Source: Paecilomyces variotii (lineage: Eukaryota). Taken from it: DNA of 64,000 nt. The stretch lies in the NCBI GenBank assembly GCA_004022145.1, contig RCNU01000002.1. One strand, 5' to 3'. This document shows, piece by piece, positions 63,941 to 64,000 of the stretch. A model generated the notes under the pieces. The model was not told the origin of the DNA, did not search any database, and was given only the letters and a program-made list of their open reading frames with translations. Every line of letters starts with the position of its first letter. Position 1 is the first letter of the stretch. The translations under genes and the position numbers were made by a program.

Positions 63941-64000
63941 CTTCGCCACCAGCTAACCACGGTAGATAAGTTAGAAGCGTTGCGTCAGAAATATTGCATT

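Overview
This is eukaryotic DNA from a filamentous ascomycete (Eurotiales-like; genus not determinable from the sequence). It has short spliceosomal introns and about 22 protein genes, so many six-frame ORFs are exon pieces or antisense shadows. A conserved-looking core (about 8.9-55.4 kb) encodes phospholipase B, an AT-hook/BRCT protein, class II DAHP synthase, a HYPK-like protein, an MFS transporter, a BTB protein, intron-containing tRNA-Gly(CCC), glucose-6-phosphate 1-epimerase, an aldo-keto reductase, Rif1, Ric8, PBDC1/Chp1, a Ste6-like ABC exporter, Ppc89/Cep57-like, Tfb3/MAT1 and Bud27/URI. The left accessory-looking flank has a nuclease-like pseudogene, decayed relics and an FAD oxidoreductase bracketed by a degenerate direct repeat. 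The right flank has a SYLF/Ysc84 paralog, an orphan, a pogo/Fot1 remnant and an intact PNP_UDP-NB-ARC-TPR NLR. The most striking hidden signal is in the G6P 1-epimerase gene. It stops at TGA-CTAG, the canonical readthrough context, and readthrough would add 18 residues ending in HKL, a PTS1-like tripeptide. This predicts a cryptic peroxisomal isoform. Gene models were spliced by eye and family calls come from motif recognition, not database searches.
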